DNA from: a virus | Taxonomy: Duplodnaviria > Caudoviricetes | DNA: 48,150 nucleotides | Reading direction: 5' to 3' (one strand) | Virus record (IMG/VR): IMGVR_UViG_3300020368_000108 | Span: 1-48,150 of that record | Part shown: positions 40,215-48,150 of the stretch, in pieces | Layout of the letters: every line of letters starts with the position of its first letter | How positions within the stretch are numbered: the first letter of the stretch is position 1 | Made by a program: the position numbers and the translations under genes | Notes under the pieces: generated by a model | The model's database searches: none | Told to the model about the DNA's origin: nothing | Seen by the model: the letters and a program-made list of their open reading frames with translations, nothing else

Positions 40215-40690
40215 TAAAAAATATGGTGGAAGAACATCATAAAGAAACACCACGCGGACATTTATTAAGAGCAGATATTCCAGGACCTGGAAAAGTACTT
40301 GCTAGATATATTGAGAATGGTGAACAAACTTGGGAAGAACATCAATCTAATCCTGATAAAAGATGTACGGTTAATATTCCAAAAGATGTAGATGCTATAA
40401 CTTTAACTAGGCCAAACTTATATAGATTACATAGTGATATAGAAAAAATAAATGTTGCCAGTGAAAGAGTTTTCATAGATGCAAATAATTTTCACATACA
40501 ATTATTAACTGCCGAAACAGATAAAAATAGTTTTATAGATACTGCTGACCGAATTGTAAAAATTTTAGTGGCTGATGCAAAAATTACAGTCTTAAAATTT
40601 AAAAACGTGTCTACAATATATTTGGTAGACTGTAAAGTGTTAACACCATTGCTTGAAGATGTTAAAGGATTAGTAAGGATAGATTCATGA
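40211..40690 (+). CDS. Hypothetical protein
   Basis: ORF coupled by ATGA overlaps at both ends. No motif recognised. Confidence 0.55.
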   Translation: MIKNMVEEHHKETPRGHLLRADIPGPGKVLARYIENGEQTWEEHQSNPDKRCTVNIPKDVDAITLTRPNLYRLHSDIEKINVASERVFIDANNFHIQLLTAETDKNSFIDTADRIVKILVADAKITVLKFKNVSTIYLVDCKVLTPLLEDVKGLVRIDS

Positions 40691-42189
40691 AAATTTGTGT
40701 AGTAGGTGGAGGAAGTGCAGGTTGGATTACTTTAAGTTATCTGGTTGCTACTGTAGATGCAGATATTACAATCGTTCATAGTGACGAGGTAGATCCTATT
40801 GGTGTAGGAGAAAGCACCACGCCTACAATAAAACATATTGCAGATACAGTTGGCGTTGATGAGAAGGTTTGGATGAAAGATGCTAAGGCTACATTTAAGT
40901 ATGGAGTAGAATTTCATAACTGGAATAAAAAGGGAAGCAGATGGTTTCATACCTTTGATGATCTTGTTCCACACCAAGTCTTTCATAAACCAATGTGTGA
41001 CAATGGAAAGCAAAATCATAAAAAAGAATTAAGCAGTGTAGATTATTATATCAACCATAAAAAAGGAAAAGGTGATAGTATTGAATATAACGATTATCAT
41101 GGACCTATGGAATACCTACTTACTGAAGGATTAAGTCCTTTTTCAAAGAATGGTAATTGTACTATTAGCGACTATCCTGGATATAGTTATCATATAAATG
41201 CATTTCAATTTGGAGAAAGTTTAAGAAAACACACTGCAAAAGATAAGTTTACAGAGATAGTAGGTACAGTAAACAAAATACATACAGAAAAACAAAACAT
41301 AAGTGCCATAGAGTTATCCACAGGACAAAAGATAGAAGCAGATATATTCTTTGATTGCACAGGATTTAAAAGACTTTTGATAGGCACAATGAGTAGTTGG
41401 AAGCATTATGATGACCTTATTAACGATAGAGCGATATGGGGTACAATTAAAACACAATCATTTAAGCCAGTTACCCAGGCTCATGCACAACCATATGGCT
41501 GGATATGGGAAATTCCTACTGTTGGCCAAATAGGTTCTGGATATGTGTATAGCAGTAAACACCAAAAATATGACGATGCTTTGAAAACAATTACAGAGTT
41601 CTGGAAATCAAAAGGGCATAAATTTGAACCATTTAAAAGTGTAGAGTTTGATGCAGGTATGTTAGAAAATGTAAGCAAACATAATGTAGTAGCCAATGGA
41701 CTTGCACAAAGTTTTATAGAACCGTTAGAAGCAACTAGTGTGATGGTGACCTGTACCACTGTAAAAGCATTTGTTGATCTATATAAAAAAGGTAGTAAGA
41801 ACCTGGTAAAAGCACACGACAAGGTTATGCAGAAGTTTATTTTACATACAAAACACTTTGTTCATATGCATTATAGATTAAGTGAAAGGAACGATACATC
41901 TTATTGGAGAGAAGTAGGTAATGATCCTAACGTGGTTCAAGAACTTTGTGATTATGCAGATACTTTTAAAAATGCTAGATGGTGTGAAACAGGCGATACA
42001 AAGTTTAATCAATTCAATTTGATTAGTTTACTATTTGGCTATGAAAAAGATTATGTAAATGAAATAGAAAAAATTGATGATGAACTGTTAGAAAATTATA
42101 ATCATTACACAAAAGCAATGATGGAACATTATCTATTTTTGATTAGAAATAATCTTACGGTCGAACAGTATCTAAATAGTCTAGATTAA
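40687..42189 (+). CDS. Flavin-dependent halogenase (tryptophan halogenase family)
   Basis: GGGSAGW, 'IGVGESTTP', 'ATFKYGVEFHNW' (catalytic Lys position), DCTGF, GWIWEIP (WxWxIP) and FIEPLEATS. Confidence 0.9.
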   Translation: MKICVVGGGSAGWITLSYLVATVDADITIVHSDEVDPIGVGESTTPTIKHIADTVGVDEKVWMKDAKATFKYGVEFHNWNKKGSRWFHTFDDLVPHQVFHKPMCDNGKQNHKKELSSVDYYINHKKGKGDSIEYNDYHGPMEYLLTEGLSPFSKNGNCTISDYPGYSYHINAFQFGESLRKHTAKDKFTEIVGTVNKIHTEKQNISAIELSTGQKIEADIFFDCTGFKRLLIGTMSSWKHYDDLINDRAIWGTIKTQSFKPVTQAHAQPYGWIWEIPTVGQIGSGYVYSSKHQKYDDALKTITEFWKSKGHKFEPFKSVEFDAGMLENVSKHNVVANGLAQSFIEPLEATSVMVTCTTVKAFVDLYKKGSKNLVKAHDKVMQKFILHTKHFVHMHYRLSERNDTSYWREVGNDPNVVQELCDYADTFKNARWCETGDTKFNQFNLISLLFGYEKDYVNEIEKIDDELLENYNHYTKAMMEHYLFLIRNNLTVEQYLNSLD

Positions 42190-42721
42190 TCTTCCAAATT
42201 TTTTGTTGGGTGTAAAACAATTCTTGTTCACTATGTTTTTCAAGGAAGTTATTTTTTAATAATCTTTCTACAAAGTTACCCATTCTAATACTTTTACCAC
42301 TGCCGTCTTTGTCAACATTAGTAGACATATAAAATTCTGCATCAGGATATGTGTTCTGTATAAATTCTATTTGCATAGGCAATACGTATGCCAACTGATA
42401 ACCAGTTTTAAACATATTCTTAGATATGCCCTTACTTACTGCATATCCTGGAAGTTGAGCACCTCTAAACAAACAACGCCATGCATTAGGCGATACTTCA
42501 GGTAAATGATGTACTCCTGCTAGATTAAAAATTATATCTTTGCTTTCGTCTATTCCAACAAAATACTTTCCATACGGCATTTTCATTTTGTCAAGTTTTA
42601 TACTATCAAATGAAGAATTATTATTGTAACCTAAATTTTTACATTCGTCACAAAATATCTGCAACTTATCTAAGTCACTATCTAATAGTTCTCTAAAAAT
42701 TATTTTTCCAAGTCTTACCAT
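42155..42721 (-). CDS. Hypothetical protein, possibly GNAT-fold
   Basis: 'IFRELLDSDL..L..F...YFVGID...AGVH...WRCLFR...FYMSTN' has a GNAT-like spacing of secondary-structure elements. Start uncertain. Confidence 0.4.
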   Translation of the reverse strand: MVRLGKIIFRELLDSDLDKLQIFCDECKNLGYNNNSSFDSIKLDKMKMPYGKYFVGIDESKDIIFNLAGVHHLPEVSPNAWRCLFRGAQLPGYAVSKGISKNMFKTGYQLAYVLPMQIEFIQNTYPDAEFYMSTNVDKDGSGKSIRMGNFVERLLKNNFLEKHSEQELFYTQQKIWKINLDYLDTVRP

Positions 42722-43367
42722 TTGAATTATCTTTACGTGAATGAAATTGCATAGTTTCCATATCAAAGATATCACCAGTAGCAACACCATTGATCATACA
42801 TTCTGCTAGACGTATATGTTCGCCTAATGGTCTAAACATCACGTGCCATCTATCCTGATTAATTGTACCTAAATCAAAAGTTGGTGAATCATAACCAATC
42901 ATAACCGGTGGCGGTGCTTCTGTCATACCATACCAATTTGCAATTTTTTGGACACCCCTATTTTTGAATTCATCTATGAAACTTTGGTCTATTTTGGAAC
43001 TGCCTGTCACCATATATTTGACACAACTCATGTCTAAATCTTTAAAGCCTTTAGTGCCTAACAACAGTTCTAAATGGCGTGGTATAAGCGATATAAACGT
43101 CGGTTTAACGCGGTTAAACAGTTCAGGGTAGGTATATGTACCGAACAGACTAGAAACGTACTGTGCGCCGCTTAAAAACGCAGGAAAGGCGGTGATTGTC
43201 CAGTGGGCAATAGTGTTCGCAGGAAATACATCAAGCACTTTATCCTCCGGAGTCAAACCAATTTCTTTGGCACTCCATCTTGCACATTCCTGAAGATAAA
43301 TCCATGAATGGGTTACAGTTTTTGGTTTGTCTGTACTGCCAGATGTATAGAGAGTGATAGTGCTCAT
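42693..43367 (-). CDS. Minimal AMP-binding (ANL adenylate-forming) enzyme
   Basis: 'LYTSGSTDKPK' (A3 P-loop), 'YGMTE' (A5), 'TGD' (A7) and 'SRKD' (A8-like). Confidence 0.8.
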   Translation of the reverse strand: MSTITLYTSGSTDKPKTVTHSWIYLQECARWSAKEIGLTPEDKVLDVFPANTIAHWTITAFPAFLSGAQYVSSLFGTYTYPELFNRVKPTFISLIPRHLELLLGTKGFKDLDMSCVKYMVTGSSKIDQSFIDEFKNRGVQKIANWYGMTEAPPPVMIGYDSPTFDLGTINQDRWHVMFRPLGEHIRLAECMINGVATGDIFDMETMQFHSRKDNSNGKTWKNNF

Positions 43368-43395
43368 GCTAGTATTTAATTGGATTACGTTTGGA

Positions 43396-44649
43396 TTAGA
43401 TCAAGTTTGACCAAGCACCATTTTCATAGCCTTGGAACTTGTTATCTGTAGTATTGTAAATGATCATACCGTTAGCGGCTGTAAGTGCATCTCTTTGAGT
43501 AGTTGTCATAGAACCTAATAAAAGTTCTGTGCCAATTTTTGCATTACCGTTAACGTCTAATGTTGCATTCGCAGTCTGTGAATTAATTGAAAGTTTACCA
43601 TCTGAAGTAAACTCCATGAATTTTAAACTTGGTGCTGATGCAGTACCATCATTGGTTGCAAATACAAGTGTACCTTTTACAGTATCAGCCGCAACTGATC
43701 CTGCACTGTTTGACACCTTTGTGTATAATTGTGCTGATGGAACATATTTAGAATTGTTAGTGTCCCAACCACTCCAGGCAATACCTGCCAATGAGTCACC
43801 TGCCGTAAATGTTACAGGTGTTTGTAATGAATTATCCTTTACATTAAATTGAAACTTACTAAAGTCGTTACCTGTTCCACCTACTGCAACTATTTCAATA
43901 GGCTGTGATTTGTCTGTGTTGTATAGTTGGAATGTTGGACCAACGTTATCTGTTACTTCACCAAATTTTAAATTATTATTTCCTGCTAGTAATTTAATTT
44001 GTACACCATCAAAGAATACCTGTCCGTTGTCTAATTTAATCGTGTTAGTAATACCGTCAACTAATATTGTTGAATCATCACCAACAAGTGTACCTTTCAT
44101 AGTACCTTCAAATGTACCGTCGAAACTTCCTGTTTGGTTAAACACAGGATTTGATGGTTTGAATTGTGCCGCACTTGCATTCCAAGTTAACACTTGTCCA
44201 TTGCTAGGTGCATCAGAACCTGATGTACTTACATCACCTAGATCATCTATTGAAGCACTTGCTAAAGCAATCTGTGTATCAATGTCGTTTGCTGGAATAA
44301 ATTTTGTACCGTTCCATTTTAAAACTTGGTTTACTGTAGGTGCCGCAGTTGTAATATCTACGTCAGCAATATCACCTATTGAGTTGATAGTTTGTACTGC
44401 ACCGTTAATCCATTTGTTTGTAGCAGTATCAAAAACTAATGCTTGGCCGTTTGTAGGAGTAGGACAGTTTACGTTAGATAGGTCGTTTAGTGCCTTATCT
44501 GGGTTGATAATTTGCCCACCTGTGACACCTGATTTACCTACATATAACTTATTTGTATCTGTAACGAATATTGGTTCGCCGACTGCTGGATCTTGACCAG
44601 TTAATAACTGACGATCTGCTTCTGTTCCTCTTCTAATTCTTAAAGCCAT
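43396..44649 (-). CDS. Virion fibre/decoration protein with Mtd_N-like N-terminus and internal repeats
   Basis: N-terminus 'MALRIRRGT...GEP.FVTDTNKLYVG'. Three L.DL.DV...P.NGQ.L.W repeats. C-terminal 'MTTTQRDAL.A.NGMIIYNTTDNKFQGY'. Confidence 0.7.
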   Translation of the reverse strand: MALRIRRGTEADRQLLTGQDPAVGEPIFVTDTNKLYVGKSGVTGGQIINPDKALNDLSNVNCPTPTNGQALVFDTATNKWINGAVQTINSIGDIADVDITTAAPTVNQVLKWNGTKFIPANDIDTQIALASASIDDLGDVSTSGSDAPSNGQVLTWNASAAQFKPSNPVFNQTGSFDGTFEGTMKGTLVGDDSTILVDGITNTIKLDNGQVFFDGVQIKLLAGNNNLKFGEVTDNVGPTFQLYNTDKSQPIEIVAVGGTGNDFSKFQFNVKDNSLQTPVTFTAGDSLAGIAWSGWDTNNSKYVPSAQLYTKVSNSAGSVAADTVKGTLVFATNDGTASAPSLKFMEFTSDGKLSINSQTANATLDVNGNAKIGTELLLGSMTTTQRDALTAANGMIIYNTTDNKFQGYENGAWSNLI

Positions 44650-44705
44650 TTATACAACTCCTACGTTCTTAATAGTATTTATGCCGATTGGAAATGTTTT
44701 ATAAT

Positions 44706-45023
44706 TTACGATTTAGGCTTGTTTTTACGTTTCATGAACTTTCTAGTCTCTTTTTGTATGTAATTTTTGACCCTAGCACTATCAACCTTGAACTCTACGT
44801 GCTTAATTACAGGCCCGTACTCATTAAATAATGCCCTGATTTCACGTTCATAATTAGCAGGACGATCTGGTTGTTTACACTCAACAATCCACTTTTTTCC
44901 ATCTGAAAATGTAACATGAAAAGCATCGAGGTACTCTAAAGGAATGGCTTTCACCTTTATTCCTTTGAATACCTCGGGCCAATGTCTTACTATATCATTG
45001 GGTAAAAAGACCGGTTTATTCAC
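44706..45023 (-). CDS. Hypothetical protein
   Basis: 105 aa ORF in an operon, overlapping the upstream gene. Confidence 0.55.
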   Translation of the reverse strand: MNKPVFLPNDIVRHWPEVFKGIKVKAIPLEYLDAFHVTFSDGKKWIVECKQPDRPANYEREIRALFNEYGPVIKHVEFKVDSARVKNYIQKETRKFMKRKNKPKS

Positions 45024-45654
45024 CGCCTTTTGCCTTTGCTGTCTTCTTCTTAGTAGGCACTAGTTCTTCCGCTTGTTTACGTAAGTTTTGAGCCTCCTTG
45101 AACATAGCATCGGCTTGGGATCTTAATGACTTTGCCAAGTCATCATCACTCAATGCATCAGGCGTATTCGTAGCCGCTTGAGCCTCTGCCTGTACTGCTG
45201 ATGCAGACTTAGGTTTGACTTCTTGTGCTGTCGCTACTTCTTCTGCTACTGCACTACCACTAGCAGGTGCGCCTAAATGTATTTCATCAATGCTTACACC
45301 TTTTTGATCAGCGATGATCTTATTAAGTTCATTTAACTTAACTGTTTGTGTAGGCGTTGGTGTCATTTCGATATCCGTTGTCGGAACCTTCTGTAACTTA
45401 CCATCAGCATGAAAAGCCGCTAACATTGTACGGCCGTCGCCTAATGTAGATCTTCCCATTGCTTCTGCTAATTCATATACAGATTGTCCTGCAGATGACT
45501 CAACCAATTTCATTAGTGAATCATGATCTGCGTCTGATAAAGATGCAGTATCAACAACTAAACAATATCCACTGTCTTGTGGTACTGTTCTGTATGCAAC
45601 TGCAACCTTTCGTTGATTTTGTACGTATCTTCCTACGTGTTTTACTTCAGCCAT
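45016..45654 (-). CDS. Hypothetical phage protein with C-terminal coiled coil
   Basis: 212 aa with AGGAGG RBS and an Ala/Lys-rich helical C-terminus. Confidence 0.65.
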   Translation of the reverse strand: MAEVKHVGRYVQNQRKVAVAYRTVPQDSGYCLVVDTASLSDADHDSLMKLVESSAGQSVYELAEAMGRSTLGDGRTMLAAFHADGKLQKVPTTDIEMTPTPTQTVKLNELNKIIADQKGVSIDEIHLGAPASGSAVAEEVATAQEVKPKSASAVQAEAQAATNTPDALSDDDLAKSLRSQADAMFKEAQNLRKQAEELVPTKKKTAKAKGGE

Positions 45655-45986
45655 TATTGTCCTCCTGATGGCGTTCCAGTCATAGCCTCTGCCGCATCTT
45701 TAGGTGTTGCAGATGTTTGACCTGTTGCCGGAGCACCAGACTTTTGTGCTTCTTCTTGTGCTTTCGCAACTTGGTTTAGAAATGTTTCTAACTTATTGTA
45801 CGTCGTTCCAACTGCCTGCATTTCATTTGCCTTGAAAGCACCACGTTGGGAAGCGACATCAATAATTGATCTAATCGTGTTTAGATCCTGAACAGTCAAT
45901 TCGACTGATCCACCAGGACCTGGTGCAGGTGCATCCGTTTTAGGTGCTTCCGCCGCCGCCACTGGTTTTGTATTTTCTGTCGTCAT
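45654..45986 (-). CDS. Hypothetical phage protein
   Basis: 110 aa with AAGGAG RBS. Core 'LTVQDL...IDVASQRGAFKANEM..VG..YNKL..FL'. Confidence 0.65.
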   Translation of the reverse strand: MTTENTKPVAAAEAPKTDAPAPGPGGSVELTVQDLNTIRSIIDVASQRGAFKANEMQAVGTTYNKLETFLNQVAKAQEEAQKSGAPATGQTSATPKDAAEAMTGTPSGGQ

Positions 45987-46021
45987 ATGACATTCTCCTT
46001 AGTTTGTATATACAGTATTAC

Positions 46022-46300
46022 TTATTTGTACTTTAAATGAGGACACGCCAAAACGAAATATGAAAGTTCTTTTGGATCCTCGAAACCAATTTTGATACAA
46101 TAATTTGGTTTAGCATCTCTTGGGTCTTTTTTATTATAAGTTTTGCCAAGAAAATATCTGTTTTTACAATTTTGGTAAACCCATTTGTCTATTGCTTCTT
46201 CCAAATTGTAAGACATAGGAATCTCAATGTACTCTAAGTTTTTTGTAGGTACATCAAGTTTCCTGATATTAAAATAATTTAGTGGATTAGTCTTCATCAT
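46022..46300 (-). CDS. Hypothetical phage protein
   Basis: 92 aa ORF ('IGFEDPKELSYF') overlapping the upstream gene. Confidence 0.6.
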   Translation of the reverse strand: MMKTNPLNYFNIRKLDVPTKNLEYIEIPMSYNLEEAIDKWVYQNCKNRYFLGKTYNKKDPRDAKPNYCIKIGFEDPKELSYFVLACPHLKYK

Positions 46301-47552
46301 AATGAGTCGTTATACCAAATGGTGCTTCAGTATTCTTATCATAGTGTGAATGAATTACAAATACTGTATCACAGTAATCTGGATCACCCCAACTATCCCA
46401 AGGCATACCATCTGTAAACATAATGAAACGTTTTGGTTCAATACCATTTTCTTTCATATATTTCCAGTTACACATAAAGTCAGTTCCTCCGCCACCCATT
46501 AATTCGTAGTTAGCCAAGTCACTTCCATTATCAGCACTAAAGTCTGCTTCATTGTAAACCTTAGTATCAAAACACCATACCTTGATATTGTAGTCTTGAT
46601 ACTGACTCATAATATTTTGTATTTCTCCTAAAAATACACTTCCTTGTTCATTACTAATACTACCAGACATATCAATTGCAATAGCAATATCAATTGTAGT
46701 ATCATAGTTCATTCCAGGAAGAATAGCACCAGTGTGCCAAGCCTTTCTACTAGGACGTTGGAATGTAAAATCATTTTTAATAGTAGACTGAATTTGTTGC
46801 TGAAGTATTTCTCTCCAGTTCATCTTAGGCTCAGTAAATTGCTTAATCATTCTTTCTACTTCGGCAGGTAGGTTACCTGCACCAGCCGCCTGTGCGGCAC
46901 CTAACATATTTTCTTTTATTTCATCACGTATCTTTTTAAGTTCATCTTTAGAATAACTAGGCTTGTCACCTTCTTTTTTACCTTTTTTACTAGGAGCAGG
47001 ACTATTTCCGTTGCTGTCTTTATCCCAGTCAATATGCTCATCAAGTAATTTACCTAATTGCTTTAATTCTTCTTCATCATATTTTTTATAAATTTCATCA
47101 TATACTGCTTCTGAAGTCCAACCTTCATATTTAAAGTCTTGGAATATAGGAATATCTCTTGGCTTTTCTCCAATACCATCTCTTACAAGTGTATTGTTTA
47201 CAATATAGTCTGCCGCAATATTATGAATTTGCGGATCTCTATCTTCACGTCTTGTCATATGATCAAATACACAATGCAATATTTCATGTGCAATAACGAA
47301 TTCAACTTCTTTGTTTGTCATATTTGCAAAGAAAGGAACACTATAAAATAAGTGTCTTCCATCTGTTGCCGCAGTAGGGCACCAATCTGATGCTTCTTTA
47401 ATTATTAACCTTGTAGCCATATTACCAAAGAAAGGATGTCTAAGTAATAGTCCTACTCTTGCAACTACTATCTTATCGAATACTTCTTTACGTAATTCGT
47501 CAGTTATCTCAATATTTGGAGTTTCTACTTTTTCTAATGTTTCAATTGTCAT
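46287..47552 (-). CDS. DUF2201-type metallopeptidase plus VWA-like domain protein
   Basis: 'PTAATDG', HEILH (HExxH), 'NIAADY.VN', DMSGS (MIDAS), GGGTDF and FTDG. Confidence 0.88.
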   Translation of the reverse strand: MTIETLEKVETPNIEITDELRKEVFDKIVVARVGLLLRHPFFGNMATRLIIKEASDWCPTAATDGRHLFYSVPFFANMTNKEVEFVIAHEILHCVFDHMTRREDRDPQIHNIAADYIVNNTLVRDGIGEKPRDIPIFQDFKYEGWTSEAVYDEIYKKYDEEELKQLGKLLDEHIDWDKDSNGNSPAPSKKGKKEGDKPSYSKDELKKIRDEIKENMLGAAQAAGAGNLPAEVERMIKQFTEPKMNWREILQQQIQSTIKNDFTFQRPSRKAWHTGAILPGMNYDTTIDIAIAIDMSGSISNEQGSVFLGEIQNIMSQYQDYNIKVWCFDTKVYNEADFSADNGSDLANYELMGGGGTDFMCNWKYMKENGIEPKRFIMFTDGMPWDSWGDPDYCDTVFVIHSHYDKNTEAPFGITTHYDED

Positions 47553-47577
47553 TGTGCCTATTCCTTATTATTGTTTT

Positions 47578-47606
47578 ATAATACTATATTTAATGGAATT
47601 TGTCAA
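47578..47606 (-). promoter_or_regulatory. Sigma70-type (early) promoter for the VWA/peptidase gene
   Basis: The minus strand reads TTGACA-17 bp-TATTAT, followed by an AAGGA RBS and the ATG at 47552. Confidence 0.75.
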
Positions 47607-47608
47607 CC

Positions 47609-47643
47609 AAAAAGATAAGGGGGAGAACCAAAATCCTCCCCCT
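47609..47643 (-). terminator. Rho-independent terminator after the AAA+ gene
   Basis: An 8 bp stem, AGGGGGAG (47618-47625) / CTCCCCCT (47636-47643), is followed on the minus strand by TATCTTTTT. Confidence 0.7.
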
Positions 47644-47650
47644 AAATTGG

Positions 47651-48150
47651 TTAGGCCGCCTGTGCCGCCGAGATATACTTACCAAATTTTTCGTGGAATT
47701 CATCGAAACAATCGACTTCATCTGGATCAATTGGAAGTTGATATTGAGTAAGTGCAAGTTTGATACCCATGACAACCAATTCAGTTTCAAAGTTATCCAT
47801 TGCAAATCTCAAGAAGTTATTAACCTTATCGGCAAACTTCTTATCTTTTTTATCGCAGGCTTCTTTTAGTTCATAACAAAGTGAGACTGTTAAGGAATAC
47901 ATGGCACTGATTTCTTTAGTCTCTAACTTCTCAACCTTTCCAGATAATATATCTGTAGGATTAGGAAGTTTTGAAGCCACCTTACGGTGTGCCATGAACT
48001 TCACAGCCAGGCCTTCGCCAACTGCACCACTAACCAAATCGGTAGTGGTATTCTCGTCATCGTCATCCTCTAGCAATTCGGATACGAATGACCAAGAACG
48101 AGGTGTTGCAAAAGATCTACTTGGACTCTTAGGATCAAAGTCATACAAGT
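47651..48150 (-). CDS. AAA+ ATPase (MoxR/AAA_5-like), C-terminal part
   Basis: 'FATPRSW' sensor-2 motif. Adjacent to the DUF2201/VWA gene, a known pairing. Runs off the window edge. Confidence 0.75.
   Translation of the reverse strand, partial: LYDFDPKSPSRSFATPRSWSFVSELLEDDDDENTTTDLVSGAVGEGLAVKFMAHRKVASKLPNPTDILSGKVEKLETKEISAMYSLTVSLCYELKEACDKKDKKFADKVNNFLRFAMDNFETELVVMGIKLALTQYQLPIDPDEVDCFDEFHEKFGKYISAAQAA

Noticed and set aside
43103-43119. Perfect hairpin GTTTAAC-GCG-GTTAAAC in a locally GC-richer patch
   Set aside because: It is short, lies inside a coding region and I found no convincing second copy. It is compatible with chance.
43910-44596. Long antisense ORFs (228 aa here, also 23677..24213, 4626..4970 and others)
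   Set aside because: They mirror well-supported genes codon for codon and have no RBS or motifs. This is an expected artefact of codon bias.
43396-44649. Mtd_N-like N-terminus suggesting a diversity-generating retroelement target
   Set aside because: No reverse transcriptase, no TR/VR repeat pair and no C-type lectin C-terminus are visible in the window.
1-48150. Stop-codon reassignment, as seen in some large phages
   Set aside because: Code 11 gives nearly complete coding density. TAA, TAG and TGA all end genes at sensible domain boundaries.
1-48150. CRISPR arrays, tRNAs, introns/inteins, transposases
   Set aside because: Intergenic gaps are almost all under 100 bp. I saw no repeat-spacer pattern, cloverleaf, or intein/endonuclease motif.

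Overview
AT-rich, very gene-dense window that reads as part of a large (probably jumbo) tailed dsDNA phage, likely aquatic. The standard genetic code fits throughout. I see no rRNA, tRNA, CRISPR array or transposase. Layout: (1) 1-10.6 kb is a virion tail/baseplate module, including three tandem paralogous fibre proteins. (2) About 11.1-43.4 kb is a ~32 kb island of modifying enzymes: 7 radical SAM proteins, 8 AspH-like Fe(II)/2OG-type oxygenases, about 6 glycosyltransferase-like proteins, a DegT-type aminotransferase coupled to an amidinotransferase, a flavin-dependent halogenase, 2 SDRs, a mini-kinase, a mini adenylate-forming enzyme, a methyltransferase, an SGNH-like protein and two beta-propellers. 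It also carries an alternative oxidase and several small ORFs missing from the ORF track (a zf-CHCC protein and two membrane peptides). (3) 43.4-48.15 kb holds another virion protein, conserved hypotheticals and an AAA+/VWA-metallopeptidase pair. A TAAATA late-promoter-like motif heads most transcription units. All family calls come from motifs read by eye, not from database searches.
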